Below are positions 61,601-64,000 of a stretch of 64,000 bases of DNA, piece by piece; the first letter of the stretch is position 1; each line of letters begins with the position of its first letter. The stretch lies in contig NC_068983.1 in NCBI RefSeq assembly GCF_001194135.2, positions 122,088,590 through 122,152,589 on the forward strand, in the 5' to 3' direction. The notes below the pieces were generated by a model. It had not been told where the DNA came from. It saw nothing but the letters and a program-made list of their open reading frames with translations, and did not search any database. Source of the stretch: Octopus bimaculoides. Taxonomy: Eukaryota. The position numbers and the translations under genes are program-made.

Positions 61601-63811
61601 TTCTGCTTGTTCTATATTCAAAGTAATGTGAAGAAGATATGGTAAGTAGGAAGTGTCAGTTGTTTCAACAAGCAGAAATACATGCTGAATGACATAACTC
61701 TTTGCCTGTCCAAAGCATTTTCATTTGTTTTTCTCCATGCTTGTTTTCAGACTGTTAGTTAGCCCTTGTTTCATATGTTCTGAGCAATCTAAAGTTCCTC
61801 TAGATGTTGAAAAAAAAATTGGGAATGTGTATTATGTACAGAGTTGGCCAAAAGTCACATGACTGTAAATCAAAATTCCATAAATTCTATCTGTAGTTCT
61901 GTATTAACTCAAATGGAAAAATGTGTTGCTCAAGGACTTCAGTTTGAACAATTTTCATGATGTTTCATGTTTAGATGCTTTTATTGAATTCATTCAATTG
62001 TTAAACATAAATAAATCTTGGAATTAAATGGTTTTGATTTACTGTCCAGTGACTTTTGGCCAACCCTGTATAATGCATAGATACCAAGGAAACAACCTGA
62101 GTGTTACATGTAATACACAGGACAGGCAAAAGATTTTAAGTACAGTAGCTCAGAAAGAATTGAACTTACATTCTGGGTCTTAATGCCACTATCCACCACT
62201 ACTGCTGCACAGCAGGGCTATAGGAAGGTTTCATGATAGTAATATTTGGATGATGAATTGTGTTGTTAACTTATGTAATTAACAATGTATGTCTTGGTTT
62301 TTTCATTTACTTTTAATACAGATGATGACAGAGATTTCTTCCTGTTAATCCATAATATTGATGGCATCATGTTACGTTCAGCTAAAGTCCAGAATATATT
62401 TAGTTTCCTATGTAAAATTAAGCGTTTCCATATGGTCGCTTCTGTTGATCACATAAATGCGCCTTTAAGTAAGTCATTTAACTCCTCTTTCTCTCTCTCT
62501 CGTTTTGCATCCATTTTTTCTTGCTTGTGTACATGGAAGGGTTTTTGTGATGAAATCATTATTTTTGCAGCTGGATGGTGTCTTTTCCTACTGCTTACAG
62601 TAGGAATCATAATTCTGTAGTATTATTTCTTCTATGTTAATAAGAACATTGACAGAATTTTTCTAATATTTTAAACTTTGTTATGAATGGCTAGCTGCAA
62701 CTGAGCAAGTTGGTATTATACTGAGACAGCTCACAAGTGCATTAATAGAATGCAGTGAGGAATTCAAATTTCAAATTCCATTATAGACCTTGAAATGACA
62801 GTAAACAAATTCAAATCTGTCTTTGACATAAAATCTCCTTGATCCAACAATCCAATGTGACATTATTTCATTGAAAGACCAACAACACTGTATACAATTA
62901 TGTCTATTACTATAGCTGACGCTTTACAGAAAATTAGGGAGTAAATTCCATACATAAATACAAGTGTTGACTTGAACCCAGGTTTTATGAGTGAATGAAT
63001 GAAAACAAAATGGTTAAGTTACTCATCGTAGGTTTCTAGTTGGAATTTAAACCACAAATTCCTAGATATATTTCCATGTATAAAATGTTTTGTTATGTAC
63101 TCATTTCCAGCTCACATCAGTCTGGAAGAAGACAGATCATCTATATGATTACTTCATCTGTTGAATAAAGCTACTAAGTTTTCCTCTACAAATCTCCTTA
63201 TTGTCTTTAATATAGAGCTAACAGGAAAGATTTGGTGACGTTTTTCAACTGGAACAATGCTGTTACCAAATCCTCCTCAATAATTTCCATACTGTCTTTA
63301 GCATATAGCCAACATGGAAGCTTTTATGTATATACTCAGTATGCACAATATAGAAACCAAAACTGCTTCAATAAGCCCTGTATAGTGTAAAATAGGGGTC
63401 ATGCATTTCTACTTCTAAAAATTATTATTACCATGTCCTATAGTTGATCAAATACTTCATTCTCGTGGTGCTGATCAGAGAACTATTCGAAGACAACAAA
63501 ACCCTAACCTTATATTGGCCTAGTTCATGCAATTTTTTCATTGTTTTTATTGTAATGTCATTTTGCTGTTTCAGTCTGGGACCAGATGCGCTACATCAGA
63601 TTCAATTGGTTGTGGTGTGATGTAACTACTTATGAGCCTTACATGGAGGAAACAGCCTATGAAAATTCCTTGATGGTGCAACAATCTGGACGTTTAGCAC
63701 TCAGCTCCCTGTCACATGTCATGCATAGTTTAACATCAAATGCTAAAGGGATATTCATGCTTCTTGCTCGCTATCAAATGGAAAATCAAGCCGGTGTTCA
63801 GAACTATCAAG
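46417..63811 (+). CDS. ORC2: Origin recognition complex subunit 2 (3' end continues beyond the window)
   Basis: Exons 46417-46540, 47495-47620, 48577-48660, 49744-49815 (tandem copies at 50068-50139 and 50535-50606), 53438-53509, 55043-55129, 55847-56055, 57633-57838, 60062-60194, 60799-60892, 62322-62468, 63575-63811; phases are consistent. ORC2-type motifs include [19 protein letters not shown]...[60 protein letters not shown] and [24 protein letters not shown]. Confidence 0.96.
49030..49475 (-). mobile_element. RTE 3' UTR fragment in ORC2 intron 3
   Basis: (CAT)n followed by cgtttaacgtccg..., the reverse complement of the RTE tail. Confidence 0.85.
50068..50139 (+). CDS. ORC2: Tandem duplicate of ORC2 exon 4 (72 nt, phase 1-1)
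   Basis: Intact ttttcag acceptor and gtaatt donor; encodes [24 protein letters not shown], the same as 49744-49815 apart from one synonymous change. Confidence 0.6.
50535..50606 (+). CDS. ORC2: Third assembled copy of ORC2 exon 4 (after an N-gap; may be allelic)
   Basis: Same 72-nt exon with intact splice sites; lies downstream of the gap at 50286-50380. Confidence 0.45.
55298..55505. mobile_element. Second copy of the TTAA MITE family
   Basis: The internal sequence (ctacctgctttat..caaactggccagat..cctctcac, ttgaaatctcaaa, aaataagcatta.atttgacagag) matches 29432-29651; flanked by ttaa / tcaa. A partial inverted copy lies near 58030-58130. Confidence 0.7.
58420..58610. repeat. (TA)n/(TG)n compound microsatellite
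   Basis: Direct inspection; it explains the IYIY/CVCV ORFs. Other microsatellites: (ATT)n 6935-6975, (CTA)n 7122-7146, (TA/TG)n 36712-36782, (GA)n 18627-18648. Confidence 0.95.
58611..59811 (-). mobile_element. Tc1-like (DD34E-type) transposon, decayed, spanning a gap
   Basis: TIRs caggggttggacaaaataa / ttattttgtccaacccctg + TA. ORF 58651-58953 has [13 protein letters not shown]...EHLW..LE...[19 protein letters not shown], with the WPxxSPDLNP segment deleted. Confidence 0.9.
61839..62068. mobile_element. 230-bp Tc1/mariner-type MITE
   Basis: TA-flanked imperfect ~38-bp TIRs cagagttggccaaaagtcacatgactgtaaatcaaaa / ttttgatttactgtccagtgacttttggccaaccctg. Confidence 0.85.
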
Positions 63812-63842
63812 GTAACTTTCTCATAAAACTATTTTGTATGTA

Positions 63843-63905
63843 TGCTATTGGAAAAGTCAGCAAATTGAGTCAATGGGTTCCTCACAAACTTTTGTACGCT
63901 TGTCA
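63843..63905 (+). mobile_element. Short mariner fragment of the same family as 34850-35445
   Basis: gctattggaaaagtcagcaaattgagtcaatgggttcctcacaaact (AIGKVSKLSQWVPHKL, the WVPHEL linker) closely matches 35258-35286. Confidence 0.7.
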
Positions 63906-64000
63906 ATAGAATATGACAATAAATATGGTATTTTAATTAAATAAAACTTATTTGGTATTAAAATGTTTGAATATCTTTTCAAAATATTTCTATAACAAAT

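Overview
AT-rich, gapped (N-run) eukaryotic genomic scaffold. The repeat landscape (RTE LINEs with (GAT)n tails, tRNA-derived SINEs, (TA)n/(CA)n microsatellites, many Tc1/mariner relics) is consistent with an octopod cephalopod; this is inferred, not verified. I could hand-splice three intron-rich + strand genes with consistent phases: the last six coding exons of cytoplasmic asparaginyl-tRNA synthetase (NARS1, 64-6508), an RNF212/Zip3-family meiotic RING E3 ligase (16815 to at least 39763, terminal exon uncertain), and ORC2 (46417 to beyond the window end). Most ORFs in the supplied track are gap, microsatellite or transposon artefacts. No prokaryote-type system and no clearly new multi-gene system is evident. 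The most notable observations are: (i) a recent tandem amplification of a frame-preserving 72-nt S/T-P-rich exon in the ORC2 N-terminal region, plus an older paralogous exon; (ii) an orphan housekeeping-type promoter (NRF1/ETS/YY1/E2F-like motifs) at about 41.6-41.7 kb with no obvious gene; (iii) a ~330-bp inverted duplication bracketing an RTE insertion just upstream of ORC2; (iv) a 73-bp inverted, locally templated insertion inside an RTE copy; (v) a GC-AG intron in RNF212; and (vi) a decayed Penelope-type hammerhead ribozyme motif. Repeat boundaries are approximate unless TIRs or TSDs are quoted.
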